The notes under the pieces are model-generated. The model did no database searches. It saw nothing but the letters and a program-made list of their open reading frames with translations, and had not been told where the DNA came from. From assembly GCA_016861245.1 (NCBI GenBank), contig BOKZ01000001.1, positions 487,006 to 551,005 on the forward strand: a DNA stretch of 64,000 bases, in the 5' to 3' direction. The position numbers and the translations under genes are program-made. The stretch comes from Patescibacteria group bacterium (GTDB lineage Bacteria > Patescibacteriota > UBA1384 > 2-12-FULL-50-11). This document shows positions 27,257 to 36,743 of this stretch, in pieces (the stretch's first letter is position 1; every line of letters starts with the position of its first letter).

Positions 27257-28053
27257 CTCCTCGCTCTTATATACGGATCGCTCGCATTTTCGTTTACTTC
27301 CTCGTTGGCTAGGTTGCTACCCGTTGTTTTTAGGAAAACTTCTTCTAAATTCTTAGACTGATGTTTTTTCTTTAACTCGTCCGGTGTGCCGATCGTGACG
27401 ATTTTTCCTTTGTCCATTATGGCGATGCGCTCACAGAGTTGTTCCGCCTCTTCCATAAAGTGGGTGGTTAAGAAAATTGTCATACCCTGACGGTTTAATT
27501 CACGAATGTGTCCCCAAATGAGCTGTCTAGCGTGCGGATCTAGACCTTGTGTCGGCTCGTCGAGAAATAAAATTTTTGGTTTGTGGATTAACGAGAGCGC
27601 TAGATCGAATCGACGTCGCATACCTCCGGAATATGTAGAGGTAAACTTGTCGGCAACTTTTTCCAGTTCAACAAGCTTTAGGAGTTTACTAATCTGTTCC
27701 TTAATTTCAGCCGGCTGCAAGTGGTAGAGGCGACCGTGCAGCTCCATCATCTCGCGGGCTGTCGCAACTTCATCTAAGCCAACTTCTTGCATCGCAAAAC
27801 CGACCCGCTTATAAACTTCGTCTGCGTGTTCCGTTACCTCAAATCCGTCGATTTTAACGGAACCACTGGTTTTCTTAACTAGATTAACCAGCATATTCAT
27901 TGTTGTAGATTTACCGGCGCCGTTTGGCCCTAAAAATCCGAAAAATTCGCCTTCACGAACTTGGAACGAAACACTGTCGACGGCTTTTGTGCCGCCAGGA
28001 TAAACTTTTGTGAGGTTTTTTACCTCGATGATCGATTTAGTACTTTTTGGCAT
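27253..28053 (-). CDS. ABC transporter ATP-binding protein
   Basis: Walker A GPNGAGKST, signature YSGGMRRR, Walker B ILFLDEPT, H-loop. Confidence 0.85.
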   Translation of the reverse strand: MPKSTKSIIEVKNLTKVYPGGTKAVDSVSFQVREGEFFGFLGPNGAGKSTTMNMLVNLVKKTSGSVKIDGFEVTEHADEVYKRVGFAMQEVGLDEVATAREMMELHGRLYHLQPAEIKEQISKLLKLVELEKVADKFTSTYSGGMRRRFDLALSLIHKPKILFLDEPTQGLDPHARQLIWGHIRELNRQGMTIFLTTHFMEEAEQLCERIAIMDKGKIVTIGTPDELKKKHQSKNLEEVFLKTTGSNLANEEVNENASDPYIRARR

Positions 28054-28082
28054 TAATCTAGTATGAACGATCAATTCATGTG

Positions 28083-28100
28083 TGTAAAGGAGCCTTTACA
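28083..28100. promoter_or_regulatory. perfect palindrome TGTAAAGG-AG-CCTTTACA overlapping the -35 (TTACAC) of the ABC-transporter promoter
   Basis: 8-bp arms with 2-nt spacer; TTACAC-16-CATACT promoter on the minus strand, the -10 lying 6 nt before the ATG. Confidence 0.45.
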
Positions 28101-28307
28101 TAGCCTAGAGTTTGGAACTATTAACGAAACCAGCACGGGATTTTGGTAATTATTGGCCTATTTGCCAATGATACTCGTGCGCGATGAGGGTACTGTAAGC
28201 CCATGGTTAATGTAGTGTTGGTAGCGTTCGAAAAGCATCAGGACGATCATCCAACTTGACGAGGCAGCGCAGGACATCGTGAACCGTAGTGTTCCACCTC
28301 AACTCTA

Positions 28308-28343
28308 GCAAATACCCCCAGGCGACGACCCTGGGGTATTTGC
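28308..28343 (-). other. long GC-rich hairpin (11 perfect bp plus extension) 7 nt downstream of tRNA-Gly 3' end
   Basis: gcaaatacccc...ggggtatttgc arms around loop cgacgac; no U-tract afterwards. Confidence 0.5.
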
Positions 28344-28350
28344 TATCTTG

Positions 28351-28422
28351 AGCGGGAGACGGGGTTCGAACCCGCGACCTCTTCCTTGGGAAGGAAGCAT
28401 TCTACCACTGAACTACTCCCGC
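28351..28422 (-). tRNA. tRNA-Gly (anticodon CCC)
   Basis: Reverse complement GCGGGAGTAGTTCAGTGGTAGAATGCTTCCTTCCCAAGGAAGAGGTCGCGGGTTCGAACCCCGTCTCCCGCT; anticodon loop UUCCCAA. Confidence 0.85.
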
Positions 28423-28479
28423 AATTTGGGGAAATTGTAACACTTTTCTTCTCAAGAAAAATCTCGTACATTAGTACCA

Positions 28480-29493
28480 ATGAGGGGAAAGATTGTCTTT
28501 TTTGAAGTTGACCAGTACGAACAAGAACTTTTTCGGGAGAAATTAAGTGGCGAAGGCGAGCTCGTGTTTTACCCACACCGCTTAACGCACGACAACATTG
28601 ACGAAGCCAAACCTGCCGATTACATCGTCAGTTTTATCTATTCTGATCTTTCGGATCGAATGTTAGACCAACTCCCAAACCTTAAAGGCATCGCCACGAT
28701 GTCGGTTGGGACGGACCATATCGGGCTCGAAGAAACAACCAGACGCTCTATCCCGGTCTGCAACGTGCCAGCCTACGGGCCAAACACCGTGGCTGAACAC
28801 GCCGCCGCACTACTCTTGGCGCTTTCGCGACGGATCGTTGAGTCTGTCGATCGAACCCGAGAAGGTGTTTACGAGTACACAGGCTTAACAGGGTGGGACT
28901 TAAAAGGAAAAACGATAGGTATTGTTGGTACCGGCAAGATCGGGGCTCATGTGGCGCGGATTGCCAACGGCTTTGAGATGAAGATTATCGCCTACGATCC
29001 GCACCCAAATACTGAGCTAACAGAAAAATACGGCGTCGAATTTATGGAGATGCCGCAACTTCTCCATCGATCCGACGTTGTTACGTTACACGTTCCGCTC
29101 ACACCAGAAACTAAACACATGATCGGCCAAGAACAATTTTCGCAGATGAAGCCGGGCATGGTACTCATTAATACCGCTCGCGGCGCCCTAGTAGACCCAA
29201 ACGCGTTACTTGATGCGCTCGAGAAGGGTGTAATCTCACAGGCCGGCATCGATGTACTAGAAGACGAAGGTATACTGAAAGAAGAGAAAGAGTTTTTCTC
29301 CAGCTACTTCAAACTCCAAGATTATCAAACGGCGTTAGCGAATCATGCCTTAATGAGACACCCGAAAGTAATCGTCACGCCTCATAACGCTTTTAATAGT
29401 AAAGAAGCGTTACAGAATATTACTCAAACGACGGTCGATAACATTAAGGGGATGTTAAGCGGCGATCGTGTTAATCAAGTTAATCACACCTGA
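28480..29493 (+). CDS. D-isomer-specific 2-hydroxyacid dehydrogenase (LdhA/SerA-like, NAD-binding)
   Basis: GIVGTGKIGAHVA Rossmann motif, catalytic R/E/H arrangement typical of D-2-HADH. Confidence 0.8.
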   Translation: MRGKIVFFEVDQYEQELFREKLSGEGELVFYPHRLTHDNIDEAKPADYIVSFIYSDLSDRMLDQLPNLKGIATMSVGTDHIGLEETTRRSIPVCNVPAYGPNTVAEHAAALLLALSRRIVESVDRTREGVYEYTGLTGWDLKGKTIGIVGTGKIGAHVARIANGFEMKIIAYDPHPNTELTEKYGVEFMEMPQLLHRSDVVTLHVPLTPETKHMIGQEQFSQMKPGMVLINTARGALVDPNALLDALEKGVISQAGIDVLEDEGILKEEKEFFSSYFKLQDYQTALANHALMRHPKVIVTPHNAFNSKEALQNITQTTVDNIKGMLSGDRVNQVNHT

Positions 29494-29499
29494 GTCGCA

Positions 29500-29925
29500 A
29501 TGCTATTTTTAGCTGCTGACCACGCCGGGTACGAAATGAAGGAATTTATTCGTCATAAATTAGCTACTCGTAATGTTGCGTTCGAAGACTTTGGTACGTT
29601 CTCAGACGAGCCTGTCGATTATCCTGGTTACGCTCATAAAGTCGCGCGAGCCGTAGTAAAGCATAAGGGTCGAGGTATTCTTTTTTGCGGCTCGGGACAG
29701 GGTATGGCGATTGCAGCCAATCGGCACAAAGGCGCGCGTGCCTCGGTGGTCTGGAGTAAGGAAATCGCTCAAGAAACCCGTGAAGATAACGACGCCAACA
29801 TCCTCTCATTGCCCGCTCGTTTTATCGATCAAGAGACAGCGTGGGAGATCGTCTCAGCGTTTTTATCGACAACATTTAGCCATGAAGACCGACACAAAAG
29901 AAGGATAAACCAGCTTGAGCCATGA
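29500..29925 (+). CDS. rpiB: ribose-5-phosphate isomerase B (RpiB/LacAB family)
   Basis: AADHAGYEMK...ILFCGSGQGMAIAANR motif. Confidence 0.85.
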   Translation: MLFLAADHAGYEMKEFIRHKLATRNVAFEDFGTFSDEPVDYPGYAHKVARAVVKHKGRGILFCGSGQGMAIAANRHKGARASVVWSKEIAQETREDNDANILSLPARFIDQETAWEIVSAFLSTTFSHEDRHKRRINQLEP

Positions 29926-30572
29926 GATCAAAATCACCAATTATCCCAGCAGTACTCACAACCAATATCGATGTGTTTTCTCAGCATCTAGAGTTTGCAA
30001 AAGAAGTCGGAAACTCGCTCCATATCGACGTGATCGATAACGATTTCTGTCAAGGAAAGTCGCTGGAAATTCGAGATTGGCCAGAGCTGTTAATCGAATA
30101 CACCGAAGCACACCTGATGGTGCGTGAGCCGTTATCGTACTTAAGCGAATTAGCGGCAAAAAAAGTGACCCGTGCGATTATTCATATCGAGTCGAATTTC
30201 GACCTCATCGAATTAGCCGACCAAGCGAGACGGTTAGATATTTTGCTTGGCTGGGCGGTTAATCCAGACACAGACTTAGATAAGTTGCGCAATTTCTACC
30301 CAGTCTCTAACTATATTCAACTAATGGGCGTTCAGCCCGGTCTTACCGGTCAGCCGTTTATCGACACAGTCTACCCAGCGATTAGATATTTAGCGAAAAA
30401 TCCTGCAAGACGGCTGATTGTATCTGTCGATGGCGGTGTAAGCCTCGAGACAACGCCGAAGTTAATCGCTGCCGGAGCCGACTATTTGGTGAGTAGCGCT
30501 GCCATTTTCGAGCGCGGTAATACTTGGAAAGCTAATTATGAGCAATTGAAGCAAATAATTCATGACCGTTAA
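29922..30572 (+). CDS. rpe: ribulose-phosphate 3-epimerase
   Basis: HIDVIDN, MGVQPGLTGQPF, SVDGGVS motifs. Confidence 0.8.
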   Translation: MRSKSPIIPAVLTTNIDVFSQHLEFAKEVGNSLHIDVIDNDFCQGKSLEIRDWPELLIEYTEAHLMVREPLSYLSELAAKKVTRAIIHIESNFDLIELADQARRLDILLGWAVNPDTDLDKLRNFYPVSNYIQLMGVQPGLTGQPFIDTVYPAIRYLAKNPARRLIVSVDGGVSLETTPKLIAAGADYLVSSAAIFERGNTWKANYEQLKQIIHDR

Positions 30573-31404
30573 AGAACTGCAGCTTAAGGCAACGGAAATT
30601 CGAACATCGATAATCGAGATGTTGCTTGAAGCTGGCTCCGGACACTCTGCAGGGCCGCTAGGAATGGCAGATATTTTTACTGCACTCTACTTTGAGGTAA
30701 TGAATATTGATCCGAACAAGCCCGATTGGGCGGATCGCGATCGCTTGGTGTTATCGTGTGGCCACATCTGCCCAGTACTGTACGCAACGTTAGCGTATCG
30801 CGGTTACTTCCCACGCAGCGAACTAATGACATTGCGCCGGTACGGCACTCGATTGCACGGACATCCGCACAATCTGGCGTTACCGGGTATCGAGACATCC
30901 TCGGGACCGTTAGCGCAAGGCTTAAGCCAAGCCGTGGGGATGGCACTGGCCGCAAAAATGGACGATAAAAAGTGGCGGACGTACTCGGTTCTCTCCGACG
31001 GCGAGCATAACGAAGGCCAGTTATGGGAAGCAATTATGTTTGCCGGCAAGAACAAATTAAATAATCTAACTGCGATTGTTGACAGGAATAATATTCAGAT
31101 CGACGGATTCACTGAGGACGTGATGCCGCTCGAACCGTTACCGGATAAGTACCGCTCGTTCGGTTGGTACGTCCTGGAGATCGACGGTCATAACTTTAAC
31201 GAGATCATCGCCGCTCTTCGTCACGCCCGGGCGGTCTTTGAGAAGCCAACTGTCATTATCGCTCACACAGTCCCAGGTAAAGGGGTAGACTTTATGGAAA
31301 ACGACTACCGCTGGCACGGTAAACCGCCGAAGGCAGATGAAGCGAAAATAGCGCTTCGCGAGCTCCGGACGCTACGCGGTAAAATTATTGGGGAGCACGA
31401 GTAA
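30562..31404 (+). CDS. tkt: transketolase, N-terminal (TPP-binding) subunit of a split enzyme
   Basis: GSGHSAGPLGMADI...GHICPVLYA...LHGHP motifs; 280 aa. Confidence 0.85.
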   Translation: MTVKELQLKATEIRTSIIEMLLEAGSGHSAGPLGMADIFTALYFEVMNIDPNKPDWADRDRLVLSCGHICPVLYATLAYRGYFPRSELMTLRRYGTRLHGHPHNLALPGIETSSGPLAQGLSQAVGMALAAKMDDKKWRTYSVLSDGEHNEGQLWEAIMFAGKNKLNNLTAIVDRNNIQIDGFTEDVMPLEPLPDKYRSFGWYVLEIDGHNFNEIIAALRHARAVFEKPTVIIAHTVPGKGVDFMENDYRWHGKPPKADEAKIALRELRTLRGKIIGEHE

Positions 31405-32381
31405 TGCGGTATTTGACGGATCTCGCTAGCTCATTCTCAAATTTAATACCGCCGCGTGATGGCTTCGGTGAAGCGTTGGTGGAATTGGGGAAAATTAATC
31501 AAAATGTTGTAGCGCTAACCGGTGATCTACTCGAGAGTACTCGCGTACAAGCGTTCGCCGAGAAATACCCTGAGCGATTTGTGGAGATGGGTGTGGCGGA
31601 GCAGAATATGGCGGGGGTTGCTGCCGGGATGAGTTTCGCTGGCAAGATTCCTTTTATTACCTCATACGCCGTTTTTTCGCCTGGACGGAATTGGGACCAA
31701 GTGCGTGTCTCGATTTGTTACTCGAAAGCTAATGTAAAGATTGTCGGAGCGCACGCCGGAATCTCCGTTGGACCCGATGGAGCGACGCACCAAGCATTGG
31801 AAGACGTAGCAATAACAAGAGTTTTACCAAACTTAGTGGTGGTTGTTCCAACGGATAGTATCGAAGCTAAAAAAGCGACGTTAGCGATCGCTGAGCACGT
31901 CGGTCCGTGTTATATCCGTTTCGGTCGGGAAAAAAACCCTGTAATTACAACCGAGAAAACCCCGTTTATCTTAGGCAAAGCCTTACCGATGATTTCCGGT
32001 GATGATGTGACCGTTCTTGCCAACGGCCAAATGGTGGCTCGAGCGATCGAGGCGGCGAAACGTCTATCAACTCGTGATATCAGCGTTGGCGTTGTGAACG
32101 TTCATACGGTTAAGCCACTTGATCAAAAGACTATTATCAATGTCGCGAAAGATACAGGCGCAATCGTCACGGCAGAAGAACATCAAAAAATTGGTGGCCT
32201 TGGCAGCGCAGTGGCTGAGGTATTGGGCGAACATTTTCCGGTACCAATGGAGCGAGTCGGTATTAACGATACATTCGGTGAGTCGGGCGAACCAAATACA
32301 CTAATGGATCATTACGGTCTGGCGGTTGACGATATTATCAAAGCCGTTGAGAGAGTATTGGAGCGAAAGCATGCTCGTTAA
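31404..32381 (+). CDS. tkt: transketolase, C-terminal (pyrimidine-binding) subunit
   Basis: Typical Pyr/C-terminal domain, start overlaps preceding stop. Confidence 0.85.
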   Translation: MRYLTDLASSFSNLIPPRDGFGEALVELGKINQNVVALTGDLLESTRVQAFAEKYPERFVEMGVAEQNMAGVAAGMSFAGKIPFITSYAVFSPGRNWDQVRVSICYSKANVKIVGAHAGISVGPDGATHQALEDVAITRVLPNLVVVVPTDSIEAKKATLAIAEHVGPCYIRFGREKNPVITTEKTPFILGKALPMISGDDVTVLANGQMVARAIEAAKRLSTRDISVGVVNVHTVKPLDQKTIINVAKDTGAIVTAEEHQKIGGLGSAVAEVLGEHFPVPMERVGINDTFGESGEPNTLMDHYGLAVDDIIKAVERVLERKHAR

Positions 32382-33213
32382 TTGCAAACAAATTCTTACT
32401 AAAGCCGATCAAGAGCGCTACGCGATCGGTGGTTTTAATATCACCAGTCTTGAAACGGCACTTGGTATTATTCAGGCGGCTGAGGAGCAAAAATCGCCCG
32501 TAATATTACAAATTAGCGAGAAGACGATCGATTACATGGGTTTGGAAGTCGTAACTAGTATCGCCCGTACGTTGGCCGACCGCGCATCTGTGCCAATAGC
32601 GGTGCATTTTGATCACGGTCGGAACTTCGAGTTAGTTTGGCGTTCGATCGAGATCGGTTTCTCTTCCGTGATGCTCGACGTCTCGAAAATGCCGCAGGGC
32701 GAACGCATTCCGTTTGTTAAAGAATTTGCCCTGCGAGCGCATCAGCGAAACGTGACTGTCGAAGTTGAAGAAGATGTAATCGGGGGACGCGAGGATTATA
32801 TAGAAGGAAAAGGCTGGAAGTTTACCGATCCAAAGCGAGCAGCAATTTTTGCCAAAGAAACTGGTTGCGATATGTTTGCCGTTTCAATCGGCAATAGTCA
32901 CGGGAAGGCGCTACCAGACGAAACACTTGATATGAAGTTGTTATCGGAGATCGACGCCGCTGTTTCGGTGCCGCTCGTGCTTCACGGGGCTTCCTCAACA
33001 CCAGATGAGAAAATTCGTGATGCGATTAGTCGAGGCGTTCGGAAAATTAACATAGACACAGACCTGAGACTGGCGGTAAACGACGCGATCCGTGCTACGC
33101 TAAAAAACGAAGCTTTGTACGATCCCAGAGATATTCTCAAGAGTTCGATCGAAGCAGTAAAAAAAGTAGTAAGCGGAAAAATTCAATTATTTGGGAGTAA
33201 TGGAAAGGCGTAA
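32374..33213 (+). CDS. fba: class II fructose-bisphosphate aldolase
   Basis: AIGGFNITSLE, VAVHFDHG, LHGASS motifs. Confidence 0.8.
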   Translation, partial: LVNCKQILTKADQERYAIGGFNITSLETALGIIQAAEEQKSPVILQISEKTIDYMGLEVVTSIARTLADRASVPIAVHFDHGRNFELVWRSIEIGFSSVMLDVSKMPQGERIPFVKEFALRAHQRNVTVEVEEDVIGGREDYIEGKGWKFTDPKRAAIFAKETGCDMFAVSIGNSHGKALPDETLDMKLLSEIDAAVSVPLVLHGASSTPDEKIRDAISRGVRKINIDTDLRLAVNDAIRATLKNEALYDPRDILKSSIEAVKKVVSGKIQLFGSNGKA

Positions 33214-34209
33214 ATGGTAAAAATTGCGATTAACGGGTTTGGAAGAATTGGGCGTACGGCGGCACGAATATTGTTAAAACAATACGCAAACAAAGCAGAA
33301 TTAGTAGCAGTGAACGATCTAACGGATCCGAAAACACTGGCTCACCTTTTCACATATGATTCAAATTATCGTCAATTCGAGCACGCAGCCAAAAGCGATT
33401 CAGACGAGTTAATAATCGGCGACAAAAGGATTCGGGTTTACGCCGAGAAAGATCCGACAAAGTTGCCATGGGACGAACTTGAAGTTGATGTTGTACTCGA
33501 ATGCACTGGACGGTTTACCGATGCCGATAGCGCTAACGGCCATATTAAGGCTGGCGCACGCAAGGTTGTTATTTCGGCACCGGCAGAAAACGTACCGACG
33601 CACGTTATTGGTGTTAATGACGACAAAGTAGGTGACGCAGCGATAATTAATAATGCGTCGTGTACCACTAACTGTATTACACCTGTTGCTGCGATACTTC
33701 ATAGCCACTTCGGGATCGCAAAAGCGATGATGACGACCATCCATTCGTATACGCAGGACCAGAATCTTCAGGATGGCCCGCATAAAGATTTACGTCGAGC
33801 GCGCGCGGCCGCTCAAAATATCGTGCCGACCACTACCGGTGCGGCTAAAGCAACAACGGAAGTTATAACCGAACTCAAAGGGTTATTCGACGGTTTGGCT
33901 ATTAGAGTGCCAACGCCGGTTGGATCGTTATCCGATTTCACGTTCGTCTTAAAGAAAAAGACAACAATTCAGGAGGTTAACGAAGTATTAACTGATGCCG
34001 CGGCGATGACACGATTTCGCGGCGTATTAGAAGTAACCAACGAACCGATCGTCTCAACGGATATTATCGGTTCAAGTGCCTCAGCTATTGTCGATTTAAG
34101 CTTAACACAGGTTGTTGACGGCGATTTAGTTAAAGTTGTTGCCTGGTACGACAACGAATTTGGCTACTCAAATCGTCTAGTAGAGATGGCGATGGAGGTG
34201 GGTAAATGA
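33214..34209 (+). CDS. gap: glyceraldehyde-3-phosphate dehydrogenase
   Basis: INGFGRIGR, ASCTTNC active-site motif. Confidence 0.9.
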   Translation: MVKIAINGFGRIGRTAARILLKQYANKAELVAVNDLTDPKTLAHLFTYDSNYRQFEHAAKSDSDELIIGDKRIRVYAEKDPTKLPWDELEVDVVLECTGRFTDADSANGHIKAGARKVVISAPAENVPTHVIGVNDDKVGDAAIINNASCTTNCITPVAAILHSHFGIAKAMMTTIHSYTQDQNLQDGPHKDLRRARAAAQNIVPTTTGAAKATTEVITELKGLFDGLAIRVPTPVGSLSDFTFVLKKKTTIQEVNEVLTDAAAMTRFRGVLEVTNEPIVSTDIIGSSASAIVDLSLTQVVDGDLVKVVAWYDNEFGYSNRLVEMAMEVGK

Positions 34210-34883
34210 AACAAGGAACATTCGAAGGTGCAACAATTACGGCACTCGGTCATGCGGGCTTCGTTATTGAGTTTGCCGAGAAGAAACTACGCATCGCCTT
34301 CGATCCGTACGATATAAAGGAAGAGCAACCAGTCGATTACATTTTTGTGAGTCACCAGCACTTCGACCACTGCGACCCCGTATCGATTCGCAAATTATTA
34401 AAGAATTCGACACGCGTTATCGCTCCGGCTTGCTGCGAACAAGAATTATCAGAGTTTGGTCAACAATTAGAGCTATTAAAAGACAAAGAAAAACACAAGC
34501 TTAAGCAATGTATCTACTGGGCGTTGCCGGCGTACAACGTCAATAAATTCCGAACGCCAAACGAAGTATTTCACCCCAAAGATATGGGCGGTGTTGGGTT
34601 TGTTGTTGAAGTAGACGGCTTTCGTATGTACCATGCCGGTGATACCGACAGGATCCCAGAGATGGACGGTCTGAAAAAACTTGATTTAGCTTTTCTGCCG
34701 ATTTCGGGAACGTTCGTGATGACGCTCGAAGAAGCGATTGAGGCGGCACAGGTATTAAAGCCGAAAATGGTTATTCCGATGCACTTCGGTAAACTTTTAG
34801 GGAGCGTCGGCGACGCTAACCGTTATCACAACATGTTGCGCGACTTAATTCCGGTAATGGTGTTAACTGATGCTGCGTACTAA
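34206..34883 (+). CDS. MBL-fold metallo-hydrolase
   Basis: HQHFDHCD metal-binding motif. Confidence 0.7.
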   Translation: MKQGTFEGATITALGHAGFVIEFAEKKLRIAFDPYDIKEEQPVDYIFVSHQHFDHCDPVSIRKLLKNSTRVIAPACCEQELSEFGQQLELLKDKEKHKLKQCIYWALPAYNVNKFRTPNEVFHPKDMGGVGFVVEVDGFRMYHAGDTDRIPEMDGLKKLDLAFLPISGTFVMTLEEAIEAAQVLKPKMVIPMHFGKLLGSVGDANRYHNMLRDLIPVMVLTDAAY

Positions 34884-34919
34884 TTGATCTTTTAACACCA
34901 ACAGAGTAAAATTTGGGGC

Positions 34920-36047
34920 ATGTCAAAAGCTGTTTACGCCGATTACGCCGCCATTACTCCGATCGACGATCGAGTTATTTTGGCGATGAACGAAGCATCT
35001 AGACAGTACGGCAACCCGTCGAGCCGGCACTTGTACGGCCGAGCGTCGCGCCAATTACTAGATAAATCGCGACAGACAGTTGCGCAATTTCTTAATTGCT
35101 CAGATGCCGAAGTCACCTTCACAGCTTCCGGAACGGAGAGTAATAATCTGGCCGTACTAGGGATCGCTCGAGCAAATAAAGCGAGAGGAAACAATATCGT
35201 AACGAGCTCGATTGAGCACCCAAGTGTTATCAACGCCTGTCGAGCGCTTGAACGAGATGGTTTTAAAGTAACCTATCTATCAGTTAACTCTAACGGCGTC
35301 GTAGATCCTACCGAGTTACAAGCGGCGCTGACCGATGAGACGATACTGGTATCGATTCATTTAGCTAACTCTGAAATCGGTGTCGTTCAGGATATACCGG
35401 CGCTCTCAGAAATTGTCCGTACGCACTCGTCGGCGCGATTTCATACCGATGCTTGTCAGGCAGCCGCGTATGTTGATTTAAATGTTCAGAAACTCGGTGT
35501 TGATAGTCTAACGTTCAACGGCACTAAGCTATACGGTCCAAGGGGTATAGCGGCGTTATATGTGAAAGAAGGTACTGATATTTTTCCGTTGGTCTACGGC
35601 GGCGGCCAAGAAAAGTCACTTCGTTCAGGTACGGAAAATATTCCTGCAATAGTTGGTCTTAGTGTGGCTCTGGAGATCGTGACTGAGAACCGTGATAGCG
35701 AAGGCCGACGAATTGAAAAACTTCGCGATACTCTAGAAGAGCAGCTATCTCGTCAATCGGGTATATCTATTAACGCCAATCAAAGCCGACGATTACCAAA
35801 TCATCTCTCGATCACGCTTGTTAATTGTCGTGAGAGCGACGTTGTTCGAGCGATGGACGAGCGTGGTGTCGCCGTTTCTTCCGGCTCCGCGTGTAGTTCA
35901 AAATCGTTAACTGATTCACACGTCTTAAAGGCGATCGGGCTAACGAACGAGCAGATGAATCGTACGTTAAGAATTACTCTCGGCCGCGGTACTATCGAGA
36001 GCGACATAGAAAAGATTGTCTTAACTGTGGCCGAAATCAATCAATAA
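34920..36047 (+). CDS. iscS: cysteine desulfurase (IscS/NifS family)
   Basis: PLP-dependent class V fold, SGSACSS active-site Cys loop. Confidence 0.85.
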   Translation: MSKAVYADYAAITPIDDRVILAMNEASRQYGNPSSRHLYGRASRQLLDKSRQTVAQFLNCSDAEVTFTASGTESNNLAVLGIARANKARGNNIVTSSIEHPSVINACRALERDGFKVTYLSVNSNGVVDPTELQAALTDETILVSIHLANSEIGVVQDIPALSEIVRTHSSARFHTDACQAAAYVDLNVQKLGVDSLTFNGTKLYGPRGIAALYVKEGTDIFPLVYGGGQEKSLRSGTENIPAIVGLSVALEIVTENRDSEGRRIEKLRDTLEEQLSRQSGISINANQSRRLPNHLSITLVNCRESDVVRAMDERGVAVSSGSACSSKSLTDSHVLKAIGLTNEQMNRTLRITLGRGTIESDIEKIVLTVAEINQ

Positions 36048-36070
36048 AAAAACCGCATCTTACGATGCGG
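36045..36070 (-). terminator. rho-independent terminator of the RuvC-like gene (stop codon inside hairpin loop)
   Basis: Minus strand CCGCATC-GTAA-GATGCGG followed by TTTTTTTATTGA. Confidence 0.55.
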
Positions 36071-36647
36071 CAAGCTCGGATACGACTCGTCGGCGTCCAA
36101 AGTCTACCAAACAGATGGCGTCAGCGACGTGCGGCGATTTAACCCGGTGTCCGACGATATCTGAAGCGTGAGATACGGCGTACTCCTCGAGTGCTTTTTG
36201 GCCGCGGATATTGCCGTACGACTTTTTTAGAATCGTCCGCTGCCATTTCGTGGCGTCTACCATATCCACCAAGAGGTACGGTGAGAGCTCGGACAGATAC
36301 CGCTTCCAGTATCTAGTGATGTTCGACAAGTACGGCGATTGGCTGAGTTTTTTCGATTTTGACTCCCGACGAACGATACGACGAGTCGGTTGCTCGACGT
36401 AGGAGTACCCCAATACGACGCCATTTTCGCGCTGTCCTACCTTGATCGCCTCCTGCTGAATGACGTTTCCAGGTGTCGAAAAGGCAACGGCCGCACAGAA
36501 CTCAGCGTAACTACAATGGCGAACGTGGAAGTCGCGAGTTAGCTCGATCTGTCCGTGAAACATCACATCGTCTGGTCGCTGGATGGCGACACCACAATAC
36601 CGTGTTCCTGGATCGATGCCGATGATTAAAGGTTCGTTATTTCGGAT
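36060..36647 (-). CDS. ruvC: RuvC-like Holliday-junction resolvase (RNase H-fold), conserved N-terminus upstream of the first canonical start codon
   Basis: In-frame LIIGIDPGTRYCGVAI (catalytic Asp strand) lies before the first GTG/ATG; KKSYGNIRGQKALEEYAVSHAS resembles the RuvC KKAVTGNGRAxKxQV segment; SPHVADAICL resembles the H/DxxDAL catalytic helix; GGAGG SD then TAG then AAT ATC. Confidence 0.55.
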   Translation of the reverse strand: MRNNEPLIIGIDPGTRYCGVAIQRPDDVMFHGQIELTRDFHVRHCSYAEFCAAVAFSTPGNVIQQEAIKVGQRENGVVLGYSYVEQPTRRIVRRESKSKKLSQSPYLSNITRYWKRYLSELSPYLLVDMVDATKWQRTILKKSYGNIRGQKALEEYAVSHASDIVGHRVKSPHVADAICLVDFGRRRVVSELAAS

Positions 36648-36743
36648 ATTCTAACCTCCAAAATTAATTGTAACAGTATAGCCGTTCCGTTATTTGGGTT
36701 CAAGACGTTATGGTTGTATTATAGGCAATAATGAAAGGGGAAA

